Of a DNA stretch of 64,000 bases, positions 12,532 to 25,035 are shown in pieces. The stretch is from contig OY740818.1 in the NCBI GenBank assembly GCA_963514005.1, positions 10,788,001 through 10,852,000 on the forward strand, written 5' to 3'. Every line of letters begins with the position of its first letter. The first letter of the stretch is position 1. The notes beneath the pieces were generated by a model. That model made no database searches, was not told the origin of the DNA, and worked only from the letters and a program-made list of their open reading frames with translations. The translations under genes and the position numbers were made by a program. Source of the stretch: Raja brachyura (lineage: Eukaryota).

Positions 12532-13677
12532 CTCCGCTCATGTTTATCAGGTTTTATTTTCTTCTGATTATTTTGTGTGTTTTTATCTCAATCATGGCAA
12601 ACTCGTGTCGCCGTCCTTTGATTCTGACATTGCTGAACGCTGGGGTCTTTTCGAGCGTGACTACGCTCATTATGCTTGCATCGTTCATCGGAATAACCCC
12701 CCCCAAGGTGCGTGCCCCTGTACTGCTTAATTTGGTGGGACCTGAAGCAATGAATCGTGCTGACAACTTCACTTTTGCTCCTGCTGTTTTAGAAGATGAC
12801 CGTCAGGTCAGAGTGCCTGCTGAAAAAACCAACGACCTTGCAGTTTTGATCAGAAAGTTCAGAGAGCTGTGTGAACTGCCATTTAACCATATAACAATCA
12901 CAGCACAGATTAATTAATTAATTTACACATTAATTACCGCCCTCTAACTACATTATTGAAAGGGCCAAGTTCTATGCTCGTGTACAGCAGGTCGACGAAC
13001 CAATTGAATGATTTATCGGCGGCTTGAAGCACATGGCTGCACGCTGTCGCTTTCGTGATTTACGGGATGAACTCACCCGGGTTAAGTTTGTGGGACGAAT
13101 GCTTGACAACAAGCTATGAGGTAAGCTCCTTCACAACGCTGATTTAACCCTAGAATAAGCAGAGCATGCTTGTCGTATTTCTGAGATAATGTCTCCCCAC
13201 ACTGACTCTGTGTCCTTCAGTCAACCTTCACAGCATAGTGTTAATCTTACAGACCTCTCCCCTTGCAACCCCCGCACAGGGTCTGAAGTTCGTTGTCAAA
13301 ATTGGAACTATTTCCATGCTACGGGTTGTCAATTCTGTGCTGCCTATAGGAAAACCTGTAATTTCTGTAAGAAATTAAATGACTTTGCTCGGTGTTGCTG
13401 TTCCCGTGTGATTCCTGTAGCTTCAAGGACGAGCCTGCACCTGCTTCAACATGAGTTTACTGATAATGACTTCCAAGAGCCTGACTCGCAATCCCCCGCA
13501 CCGCTCAGAGAGTACAGATACTAGTTCTGCCATCCACTCTCTCCTCCCTTCGTCTAACAATCAACTTGACCCTGAGGTAACCATGTTTTGGGAATAACAG
13601 GCCTTTGATCGCAAAGATAGATACTGGCGCCGAATGCAAATCTCATTAAGAGAGTTTTTTAAAAATCCGTAATGTTG

Positions 13678-13810
13678 CATCTTGCATATGGCGTGCACAG
13701 CCTAAAGTTGTGAGACAACTTGTTCTGTTTGATCTTCTGTTTGTGCACGCCAGGTTGATTGCATTCGTTGAAACAGGGTGGACCACGTGAAGGTTGCAAT
13801 CTCCCACCCC
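13678..13810 (-). mobile_element. Short non-autonomous retroelement nested in the Gypsy protease region
   Basis: TSD atccgtaatg(t/c)tg at 13665-13677 and 13811-13823. Same family as 3427-3569. Confidence 0.88.
13757..13810 (-). ncRNA. Predicted minimal HDV-like self-cleaving ribozyme (54 nt)
   Basis: Minus strand: P1 GGGGUGG, J1/2 GA, P2 GAUUGCA, P3 ACC, L3 UUCACGU, P3' GGU, P1' CCACCCU, GUUUCAA, J4/2 CGAA, P2' UGCAAUC. All three helices pair fully, with a G1-U wobble. Confidence 0.82.
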
Positions 13811-16419
13811 ATCCGTAATGCTGAACATATTGATAAGGCCTCCGCAACGCTTCAGGCTTACGGGGGAGAAGTACTACACCCACTTGGACAAGCTGATTTA
13901 AAGTGCACCATTGACAGACAGACCCATACCGTATCATTTTATATTGCTAAGGGAGATTTAGAGAATTTGCTCTACGTTCGGCACCCCCTTCGGTCGATAC
14001 AAATTTCTGAGAATGCCCTTTGGCATCAATTCCGCCAGCGAAGTTTCCCAGCACACTATGGAACAATTGTTTGCAGGGTACCCATGCGCTATCATTGTTG
14101 ATGATATTCTCGTTTACGGACACGATCTGGCTGAACATGACGCCAATCTGAATAAAGTACTTGACAGTGCCATATACATTTATCTTAAACTCAATCCCCT
14201 GAAGTGCAGGTTTCGAGTTCCAGAGGTTACTTACTTCAGACATGTGTTCACAAGTGATGGTCTCAAACCAGACCCGTCAAAAACTTTAGCTATCAACGAA
14301 ATGTCTGTTCCTGCTGACGTTGTGAGCTTACAAAGGTTCCTCGGAATGGTCAACTACCTGGGTAAGTTTATTCCCAACCTCAGCAACATATCTGCCCCCC
14401 CTACGAGAACTGTCACACAAGGGCGCGGCATGGTCCTGGTAGTGCCAAACAGCTCTTGACACTCTCAAATTGCAGCTGGCTAGCACAGCTACTCTCACCT
14501 ACTTTGCTTTGCAATTACCAGTAACTCTCACCTGCGATGCGTCCCAGTGTGGGCTAGGCGCAGTGTGCCTACAGACCACTACCGATGGGATTTTCAAGCC
14601 CGTTTCATACACCTCCCGTACGCTGACTGACACTGAACAGCGTTACGCCCAGATAGAAAAGGAACTGCTCGCAGTGGTTTTCGTCTGCACTAAATTCAAC
14701 GACTTTGTATTTGGAAAGTCTGTGACTACCGAGACTGACCACCAGCCGCAGGTCACCGTTTTGAACAAACCCATCCATGCCGCCCCAGCATGACTACAGC
14801 GAATGATGATGCAACTACAGCGATTTGATTTCAACATTGTCTACAAGAAAGGCAAAGTCATGCACATAGCAGACACGCTATCTGGAGCCCCGCGTAAAAC
14901 TAACGAAGAACAACTCTCCGAACAGGACCAATTCTCAGTAATTTAGGTTTCGTTTGTGCCAACTGACTGTTTGAGCAGCCCAGCAGAACACCTGGCTACT
15001 AATGAATTCTTACATTTGCTGTCTGCACTTATCTGGCGCGGCTGGTTCTAATAAAGAACACAACACCCCGCTCGAGATACACCCATACTTCCTGGTTCGC
15101 GATGAACTAGTATTACAGGACAGAATTATTATCAAGGGCCACAAGGCAGTGGTCCCAGCAGCCCTCTGGGACAAATTCTTTGACGACATCCACAGGGCCC
15201 ACCCTGGCGTGGAGGCAACCCTCCAGAGGGCGCAAAGCATGTTTTACTGGCCCGGAATGACCAAATACATACTTGAAAAAAACGAAGTTTGCGCCGTCTG
15301 CAAAAGCCTGACACAACATCAGCAAAAGCAGCCTCTACTGCCGCACCCAGTACCCCCTCTCCCATGGTCCACGTTAGCCACCGACATCTTCGAATGACAT
15401 GGGAAACACTATCTGGTCCTTGTACTCTTACTCTGGCTGATTCGAAATCGACTTACTTCAAACCACTACTTCTGAAGCAGTAATCGAAAAGCTGCAGCGC
15501 CATCTCTCCATGCACGTCTCCCCTGCACATATCCAGTCCGGCAACGGCAGACAGTTCACCAGCAAGCTTTTAAAAACTTTGCACAACAATGGGACTTTCA
15601 ACATATTACCAGCAGCCCTGAGTTCCCACAGTCCAACGGACTTGCCGAACGCGCGGTCCGGAGTGCAAAACAACTCATGGAGCGGTCATACCTTGCCAAA
15701 TCAGACGTGTATCTGGACTTGCTCAACCTAAGGAATATTACGCGAGATCCCATACTGGGTTCTCCAGCCCAACGACTGATGTCTCGCCAATCCCATGCTC
15801 CTCTGCCCACAAGTTTGTTCCCCAACTGCAGTTCAGAAGCAACTACAATCCAAACGTGAAACGCAGAAACGCTTCTTTGACAAGTCCAGTAAGCCACTTT
15901 AGCCTCTCGCTCGTGGACAAGTAGTCCGTCTCCAGACAAACAAGGGCTATGCACGTCTGGGACAGATCTACGGCTCTGCCAAAGAGCCGCGATCTTATCT
16001 GGTCGAAGCGGATGGAGCCATCTGCAGACGCAATCGTCAACATATCCTTCTAATGAAGGAACAGCATCCTGCGACTCCGTATCCTGATGTCTTGCGTTTT
16101 GTATACCCTCCCACAGTTGGTCCCGCTTCCCCACTGCCACCTATCGTTCCCACTGCAGTCTCCCCGCGGCATTTACCGCCTAGCTTGCCTATCTCACCTA
16201 TCTCATCACCCTCCCTGCCGTTCGGGCCGTCGGTCGTTTCCCCGTTTCCCTCCCCGGTTTTCTTCTCCAATGAAAGGAGGTGAGGCAGACTCGTACTGCA
16301 CACAGGCCAAAAGGGTTTGCAGGCCACCCATTAGATATGGCGATTTTGTGTAATTTTGCAAATGTATTATTAACATCCCTCCTATATTGCTTAGCCACCC
16401 ATGCTTCTTTTGTTTCTAC

Positions 16420-16428
16420 AAGGAAGGA
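16420..16428 (+). promoter_or_regulatory. Polypurine tract
   Basis: aaggaagga immediately before the 3' LTR. Confidence 0.7.
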
Positions 16429-16632
16429 CGTAGATTGACTATTTCATACTAGCCAATTATAGTGTTTGTTAGTAGTGACTCCGCCTACTATGTTCTTCAT
16501 ATTATCAAGAGCTTTCTTACGCTAGTTAGAATGAATTGCAACTTGGAGATGTGATGACTACAGATCCTTGCTGTATGCAGATTTAATAAACATGTGTTGT
16601 ATCATGATGTGTGTTCAAGTCGACTCATTACA
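16429..16632 (+). repeat. 3' LTR
   Basis: Direct repeat of 12310-12513. Starts CG (mutated TG) and ends CA. Confidence 0.95.
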
Positions 16633-18889
16633 GAGAACAAATGAGTATATGGATTTATGTCATAGATAAACCATAATCTTATTGAAATGAGGGAGCACCC
16701 GTCTGGTGTTAAATAACCTCCTCTACCTATGTGGGCAGAAATACAGAAACATACTTGCGAGGTGGTGTGGCCGATTTTTCTCTCTTTTTTTTTTTTTTTG
16801 GCTTTATATAGTGAATCAGCTGGGTGCTACCAAATCTACAGTAGCTAGGGCACTATTCATACTCTGCTCAGATATGTCCAAAGCTTAATACAGACCTCCG
16901 TAAGATAGTGATAAATGTGTCATTAAAGAATGCCTTGCACCTTTGTCTTCAGTTCTCCAATGGTGTTTCCAAGAAAATATCCAATGCGAGCATTCTGGTT
17001 CTTCCCTCCACACAATCAGTCAGCGTAAATAGAACATGAAACTAACATTTATTTTCTTTCTGGATAATTAGGTACTTCTTTACTCTTTTGCTATCCTTGA
17101 GAAGTAATTTTGGTCTTGAAGGGAACATTGGAAACCGATTTAGAGAATTTGTCAGGGAAGGCATGTACCAAGCCATTTAAACCTGGGGATAGACGACAAA
17201 TTTTGCAGAGAACAATTTATATGCTGTAAATAAATACAGCACCTCATGGATCATTTAAGTGGACGTATTAAAGAAATTGCAATGAATCTGTCCTATTGAA
17301 ACTTGATACCTTTTAATAGCATGAAATTATATTGCACATTAATTACTTAGACTCTCAATAAAGTGTATTTTCCTCCAAGAGTATGTAGAATTTACAAGGT
17401 GAAGGAACGCTGGGTGATTTTGGGACACTTGGAATTCAGGAACTTTGGTGCATTAGTTATGTTTCATTCCCTTCTTACCACCTTGTGATAATTAATTCAC
17501 TAGGAATGCAACTGCTATATGCAGTGCCCACAGATCTGTTTTGACCTTTATTAGATTTAAACTTCATAAATCGGGAGGAAAAAGAACAATCAATAATGAA
17601 AAATGTTCTGGCATTTTTGAACTACAAATTGTTAATGGTTTGTGGGATTAATAGCATTGATATTGCAATAAATACATCAGTGTTAACATTTTTCTGTATC
17701 AAAGTGCTCAGCATTGCTCCCTTCAGCAGAAAATGAGTGCATTTGATATTGACCAGAGTTAAGAATTCTGCTTTAGAAGCAAGTTGAGTAATGGTAATTA
17801 AACAGTCAAAATGTATAGTTTACGTTCATATGTGATGAGATTGCATCTAAAATATATTGCTTAACCTCCTCCTGGTTGCACAACAACCACCGACAGCTGT
17901 TCTGATCTTCACAGAGCATCTGCTGTAAATGCAGAATGAAAGGTTCTTATGGTTGTGCTGAGATGTATGGAAGTCATTATAGAACAGTGGGACAATGCCA
18001 AAAAAGTAGTGAATTACATAATGTTCGTTCCATTTGGTCATGCAGCTCTAGAGATAGTTAACTATTTAATCCATCAGCTGCAGTATTTTTAGATTTTGTT
18101 TTAAATCTTTTATTTTATACCAAATTAATCCGTCAATGGGCCTTGTTGACCAGAAACATCAAGAGATATTGTGTCTTATTATGGCGTTCCGTTTTTCTAG
18201 AAAACGGGCTGCATCGTGAGTTTCCGTAACACAAAGTCGCATCATCTGTGTATGCTGATTCTGAGGAAGGGTCCTGACTCGAAATGTTGTCTGTTCATTT
18301 CCCTCCACAAATGATGCTCATCCCACTGAGTTCCTCCAGTAGTTTGCATTTTGCTCTTTATTCTCCCAGCTGCAGATCCCGTTTTTCGTGTATGAAAAAA
18401 AAAAACAAGTGCTAGGTTTTGCCCCATTCTTGCCTCTTTTTACCAGCTTTCATCACTCTACTCCATCAGTCTGACCTGCTAAGTTTCTCCAGCATTTTGT
18501 TTTATACTCAAAATTTCAGCTTCTCTAGTCTCTTGCGTCGCATGCATAATAGTCAGTTGCTTTTGCTTAATATTTGAGCAGAGGGACATATTTTAAATTT
18601 CTAAAGTATGCAGGAGGTCAGGTGAAAAATGTTGATAGCGAAAAGGTCAGACGAGGCTACAGAACGATATTGATCAACTGGTAAGCTGAGTTGATAGATG
18701 GATCAAATAGCACAAAAATATTAATTTACATTAGCTTTGCATAAAAAGCACAGCACAGACACAGGACGTTCAGCCCAAAGGTACTTTGGTTCAGCCTAAA
18801 TGACCCATACCAGAGTTCATGCACCACATGAGCCTCAGCATAATCCTCAAATCATGTTTATATTCATTTAGTTACCTCAGTGCAGTAGT

Positions 18890-19715
18890 TTGTAGTTGAC
18901 ATGAAAATTATGGTTGATAATGAGGCGAAAAATATTGGGTTGCAGAATGATATTGACCACCTGCTATATTGGGTGCAGCAATGGCAGGTGGAATCTTGAT
19001 AAGTATGCAGTACTGTATTTTGGGAAATCGACTAAAGATCGGGCATACACTATGAAGAGCAGAGTCCCAAGAAAATATTGAAGAACAGAGGGACCTTAGT
19101 GTACATGTTCATAGATCCGTAAATGATAGGTTGCTATACGTTAGTGAAAAATACATCTGGGATGCTGGCCTTCATTAGCCAGGGCATAGAATATAAAAGC
19201 ATAGAGGTCATGGTATAATTTCATAAAACGTTAGGCTAAGCTGAAGCATTGCATGCATTTTTGACCACCATTCTATGGAAAGGATGCAAATGCTCTGGAG
19301 AAAATGCAGGGGCAATTTACAGGATGTTGCCCAAGATGGAATGAGAGGAGACCAGGCTGGGTTTATTTTTTAATTTGAGTGCAGGAGTTTGAAGGGGAAC
19401 CTAATAAACCTGGATAAAATGTGGGGGTGTAGATAGGTAGGTTGTCTGAAACTTTTGGTTGTCTGAAACCAGAAGGTATGGGTTTAAGGCAAGCTGTAAA
19501 ATAATTTGAGGGAATCGGGAACATTATTTTTGCATAATGAATGGTTTAAATCTGGAGCCCACTACCTGAGAAGGTGGAGTGGCAGGTATTCTTGCAATTT
19601 AAAAAAATATATCTAGGTGAAGATTTGAATCATAATGGCATGGAAGACCAGGGACCATTTGCTGGTAAATGGAATATGTGTAGATGGTTAATTGATGGTG
19701 AACATAAATGTAGTT
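18890..19715 (+). mobile_element. Old CR1 LINE 3' portion
   Basis: Degenerate RT C-terminus (gaacagagggaccttagtgtacatgttcatagatcc, gggatgctggccttcattagccagggcatagaatataaaagc) running into the 3' UTR. Confidence 0.75.
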
Positions 19716-22019
19716 GTCGACTCCCGTGACTTTTCACATGCACAATCAAAACTAAGTCTAGTCTTTGTCAAGTTGTAATTGCACCTACTTCCTAGCGTGA
19801 TTTTATAGTACTCGCCTGAGCAGTAACACAGAATTGTTTTGCGTTATTTTTAACTGTGCGTTTCATTACAGTTTGGATTTAAGAATGCATTTTGCATTAT
19901 TGGAAATGGCTAAAAGCTACCATTTGTGTCATATAAACATGACTTGCCATTTATCAATGACAATGTGAAACATGCCTTGCTGCAAGTTTAGATGGAGTGC
20001 TTAATTATCTGATGAGTTGGGAATGGATTGAACACTCGGCAATCATCTGTCAATACAAATTCCTGATATAATAGCGGGAAGGTCGGAGCTGAATCTGCTG
20101 AACATGGTACTTATAGCAGTAATTCCCTGAGGTGGTGTCGATTTCTATAAAACTACAGTATTTGTGCTTGGTGTGACCCTAACCAGTGGAATTTTCCACT
20201 TGATTCCCACTATTTTTTATTAAGGCTCCCCATTGTTCCAAAAATGCTACAATTATCTCAAGGGCAGTAACTCTCTAATTGTCTCCACAATTAAGTTGTT
20301 TTGTCCATGTCAACATTTTTGACCAAGGCAACAATGAGAACAAGCTAACTTGTCATTTTGAAACCCAAGTTGAGTATTACTCAACAAGCTATTTCGACAA
20401 GTTAATGAAGAAGATCATCTTCGTTTTGGATGACTTTTATCAAATATGTTCCTAAGGTTGAAGAGAACAGACCTATCCAATTTCATTCTAATTGTACATT
20501 TTAGTGGTGGCCTCGTACAACTGAGTGGCTTGCCGAGCATTTTGGACAGCAGTCAAGAATTAAGCAGGTTAGGTGACTTCATGCCAGACTTGGGAGAATG
20601 GGAGATTTCATTCTCTGTAAAAGACATAAGTGAATTAGTGCATTTGTGTCATTTGAGAGAGTGCTGACCAGGCTAATTTCACCTTCTAAAACTAGGTCTG
20701 TAGCACTGTAAATCATGACTAAATCAATTATTTTTGAAATTCGATGAGTATTTCTTTCATGCTGTGGATGTCAAGATCCTCTAGGTGGAAAAATGCTTGC
20801 AAATCTCCCCTCTGATCCTACTAGATATTTTAAATGTCTGTCCAATGGCATTTGACCCTTCTAGGTGAAAAAGCCCTTCCCTGTTACTTTGTTTAGTCCT
20901 CTCATTCATTCGTCCAAGCAAGTTGCCCTCAACTTCTTTTCCAAACAAAACAACTCTGACTTATTTAGTCTTTCTCAATTTTGGCATCATTCCCATCTAT
21001 TTATTCTGCATCCTAACTGTTGTAATAGTATATTTCCTCTATTGTAACCAGAGCTATACAGTATTCTAGCTATGAATTTACTCTTGTGAAAGTATCCTTT
21101 CTTTGATGTAAAGGTCAGTTAATTTCTTCTCCATTAGCACATTACAATGTCTCCGTAAGACAAAATGTGCTAGTCATCTAATGGGCTAACCTATGCAGTC
21201 TGGATGATTGAATGTGAATCTGCATGTAGTGAAATTAAAATCATCTGTACTGCGTGTTTATCTGACCATATTAATATTTTAAATATGCAGCTGGGCCATG
21301 TAATTGGTCTCTGGAGAAAGGTTTTGGCTGGATTCCCAGTACTGCGATGCCCCTGACTCGCCATCAAATTTGAGGCAGGGGATGTGGCTTCCTATTAAAT
21401 ACCAAAAAGAAAGAAAACACTGGAATTGCTCAACAAGTCAAATGGCATCTGTGAAGATGATTAACATTTTAGGCCATGAGGTTTCATCAGAAACAGGCAA
21501 ATTAGGGAACAAGCAAATTTTAAATTAGAGAGGTGGGGTGGGGGGGTGAGAAAGGGAATGCAATAGTGTCATCAAGAGAGACTTTTACAAATGGCGGTAC
21601 ACTTTGCAGAGAGAAGGCAATAAAAGCTTATTTATTGCATTTAATTTATGTGGAGGAAATGATTGAGGATGGAAGGAGAAAAAAAGAACAATGCTGGAAT
21701 GGTGAGAAACCGAGCATGACAGTTGCTGGAAATTTGAAATAAAATTATTCAGCAGCACAGGCAGCATCTGCGGAGAGGGAAGAAGTGTTATAGACCATTC
21801 ATCAGATGTAGCAATATACTTGTCAGAGGAAGAATCCAAACATGTATGAGAAGAGATTAGGTTAACCAAGTCTGTATCCACAAAAATGATTCATATTTAG
21901 GATTGTGATCAAATATTTATTCACTCAGAGATTGGTGAATGAGATCCTCCCATGGAAGGCTTTGTACACAAAGTCATTGAATATATTTAAGAAGGAGAGA
22001 AAGTTTAAACTCATAAATT

Positions 22020-22808
22020 CACGTTATAGGACTCGAATTAGGCCATTCAGCCCATTGAATCTACTCCACCATTCAATCATGGCTGATCTCTGCCTCCAAA
22101 TCCAAATTTCCTGCTTTCTCCCCATAACATTTGACACCCATTCTAATCAAAAATGTGTCTATCTCTGCCTTAAAAATATCCACTGACTTGGCCTCCATAG
22201 CTTTCTGTGACAATGAGTTCTACAGATTAACTACCCTCTGAGTGAAGCTCTCCCCTCAACCTTCTAAACTCCAGCGGGTGGAGGCCCTGTGCTGTCCAGC
22301 GCTCAGCATATGCTAACCCACTCATTCCTGGAATCATTCTTGTAAACCTCCTCTGGACCCTCTCCAGAGTCAGCACATACTTCCTCATATATGGGGCCCA
22401 ACATTGCTCACAATATTCCAAATGCGGCCTTACCAGCACCTTGTGGAGCCCCAACTCTATCTCTGTTTTTGTCTTCCAGTCAACTTGATATAAATGCTAG
22501 CATTGAATTTGCCTTCCTTACTACAGATTGGACTTGCAAACTTTTTGGGAGTCCTGCACCAGCCCTCTGATTTCTGGATTTTCTATCCATTTAGAAAATA
22601 ATCTACACCCTTATTCTTATTACCAAAATGCACGACTCCACACTTTTCTATACTCAATTTCATCTGCCCACTTCTCTGCCCACTCTCCCAACCAGGCCAA
22701 GTCCTTCTGCAGAATCCTTGCTTCCCCTACGTTGCCTGTCCCTCTGCTTATTTTAGCATCATCTGCAAACTTGGCCACAAAGCCTTCAAGTCCATTATCC
22801 AAATCATT
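22020..22808 (-). mobile_element. CR1 LINE 3' fragment
   Basis: ORFs contain INDLD...KFADDAKI and LVRPHLEYCEQCWAPY...LERVQRRFTRMIPG. Confidence 0.88.
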
Positions 22809-23689
22809 AATAATGTTTATTGATGTCACATGTACCAAAGTATAGTGAAATGTGTGTGTACCTTCTGCAGGACTGGAGTAGGAAGAACACGGAATTACTA
22901 GAGTGGAACAAGTAATTGATTGTGTTGGCATTTTTTGGTGGGAATCTGGTCTGTGTGATGGACTTGGCTACATTCACAACTCTGCAATTTCTTGCGGTCT
23001 TGGGCAGAGCTATTCCTAAATCAACCCATGATTCAACCCTGCAGTATGCTTTCTATGTGTATCATATTGGTTTGGGAATATAAAACAGGAATCTGATGTT
23101 GAGATAAATAATAAAGCTTCATTGAATGGCCCAGCAACCTCAAAGGTCGAAAAGGTCTACTTTTATTTTTGTTTCAAAACCAGGTGAAATGCAGGTGTCA
23201 GAAGAAGCAATCCTTGGAATTTGTACTGGATAGATCTAATTGCACAGGTAGTTCATGTGGGCAAGTATTTCTTAAATACAAAATATAAATAGCTTGGTAT
23301 TGGATTTTTTAATGCATTTAATCTAAAATCATATTTAATTTTGAATTGTAACAAGGTAAACATCTGGCGATAGCCAAGTTTTATAATCTGAATCTGAATC
23401 TGAAAGCCTCAATTGAATTATTGTGAATCTGGAATTCTGTTCACTGAACAAATAAAAGATTTTATATAGATTTAGATTTTAGAATAAACAAAATGCTATG
23501 TTATCAATGTTGGTTAATATTACACAAATGCTGCCCGTTTTGGTGGACCAGTTACCTTTCTATTTTGAAGTAGAGTTCTGTTGAGGTATACGGTTAAAAC
23601 GTGAACCAAAGAGAGCCGATCCAAAATTAAGGAACTCCTATCTTTTCCATGCCTGACCCAGCCATTCTGGCTGTAATAGTGTAACTCCA

Positions 23690-23906
23690 GTGGCGCAGTG
23701 GTAGAGTAGCTGCCTTACAGTACCAGAGACCCGGGTTTGATCTTGACTATGGGTACTGTCAGTACAGAGTTTGTGTGTTCACTTGGCTTGGTATAATTAT
23801 GAATTGTCCCTAGTGTGTGTTGGACTGTGTGAATGTGCGGGGATTGCTGGTCAGCACGGACTCGGTGGGCCGATGGGCTGTTTCCACGCTGTATCACTAA
23901 ACTAAA
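23690..23906 (+). mobile_element. V-SINE (HE1-like), internally deleted
   Basis: gtggcgcagtggtagagtagctgccttacag...cccgggtttgatcttgactatggg...ctgtatcactaaactaaac. Confidence 0.8.
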
Positions 23907-23988
23907 CAATTATCTTAAACCAACTCTTGATCTCTTGGAGAATTGCTGTAGGTCTAAGCAAGCCATCTTGACAAAGGTGAAGTAGTGG

Positions 23989-24158
23989 GTAGACAAAAGT
24001 GCTGGAGAAACTCAGCGGGTATACTCAGCCGAAACCCTTCTTCAGACCGAAATGTTGCCTATTTCCTTCGCTCCATAGACGCTGCTGCACCCGCTGAGTT
24101 TCTCCAGCACTTTTGTCTACCTTTGATTTTTCAGCATCTGCAGTTTCTTCTTAAACAC
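23989..24158. mobile_element. Penelope-derived mini-element with inverted arms
   Basis: gtagacaaaagtgctggagaaactcagcggg / cccgctgagtttctccagcacttttgtctac are inverted. TSD aaggt(g/a)aagtagtgg at 23974-23988 and 24159-24173. Confidence 0.75.
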
Positions 24159-24199
24159 AAGGTAAAGTAGTGGCTGAGCCAACACAATCTGATTTGGAT

Positions 24200-24296
24200 G
24201 CTGAGCTGGATGATCAGCCATGATCATATTGAATGGCGGTGCAGGCTCGAAGGGCCGAATGGCCTACTCCTGCACCTAATTTCTATGTTTCTATGA
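24200..24296 (+). mobile_element. CR1 3' terminus
   Basis: gatgatcagccatgatcatattgaatggcggtgcaggctcgaagggccgaatggcctactcctgcacc...(tttctatg)2. Confidence 0.85.
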
Positions 24297-24720
24297 TTGA
24301 ACGCTACCTTTGGGTCCCATCTGGGTGAGGAAAATAATCAGGCCAGCTTCATCAGCAAAGGTACATAGATTACAAAGATAAGTATAAAAAAATATTAACA
24401 TGCACCAATTTCTATGTTTAATGATCCTTTGTATAAATCTATATTAGATCCATACTTAGTTCCTGTCTTTAAAACATTTAGGGGTTTTTCCCCACAAAAA
24501 CATATTTATATTAGAAGTAATGTTGCTCACTCTAATTGAGCCATTCTGCCAGAAACATTGTTGCAGCATGTCAGTTTTGTTGTTGTTAGTTTTGCTCAAT
24601 ACATTCTAATGTGGTTAGAAGCTGTGGTTTAGGAACAAATCATTTTTTAAACAACATTAATGGAATGAGAATATCACATTTAATTCCCTTGGAAGGTGTG
24701 GACTTTTTTTCCAATCCTTA

Positions 24721-25035
24721 CAATGCCCTCCATAGTGTTTAGGACAAAGACCCAATATTTATTTATTTGCCTCTGTATTCCACAATTTGAGATTTGTAAT
24801 AGAAAAAATCACATGGGGTTAAAGTGCACATTGTCAGATTTTAATAAAGGCCATTTTCATGCATTTTGGTTTCACCATGTAGAAATTACAGCAGGGTTTA
24901 AACTTAGTCCCCCCATTTCAGGGCATCATAATGTTTAGGACAGCAATGTAATGTAAATGAAAATCATGCTTAGTATTTTGTTGCATATCCTTTGCATGCA
25001 ATGACTGCTTGAAGTCTGCGATTTATGGACATCAC
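24721..25035 (+). mobile_element. Tc1/mariner-type left-end fragment
   Basis: ta|caatgccctccatagtgtttaggaca with an internal direct repeat cataatgtttaggaca (IR/DR type), followed by atatcctttgcatgcaatgactgcttgaagtctgcg. Confidence 0.6.

Larger units (their letters stand above)
12310..16632 (+). mobile_element. Ty3/Gypsy LTR retrotransposon (Mag-like), full-length but inactivated
   Basis: Two 204-bp LTRs and 5-bp TSD gagaa (12305-12309, 16633-16637). Gag Cys/His remnants, protease KIDTGA (~13613-13630), RT MPFGI...IVDDIL, RNase H CDASQ.GLGA/RYAQIEKELLAVVF, integrase HRAHPG..YWPGM..CAVC and SNGLAERAVR. Domain order PR-RT-RH-IN. Many stops and frameshifts, and the RT N-terminus appears deleted near 13960-13990. 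Confidence 0.96.

Noticed and set aside
12492-12917. 141-aa ORF with a hydrophobic N-terminus (env-like or membrane protein)
   Set aside because: It spans the LTR, PBS and leader, then frameshifted gag.
13757-13810. Hammerhead or H/ACA snoRNA interpretation of the two-domain element
   Set aside because: No CUGANGA core and no convincing H/ACA boxes; the HDV-like fold accounts for the 5' module much better.
23690-23760. tRNA gene
   Set aside because: The tRNA-like head continues into a V-SINE body and tail; there is no complete cloverleaf or terminator.
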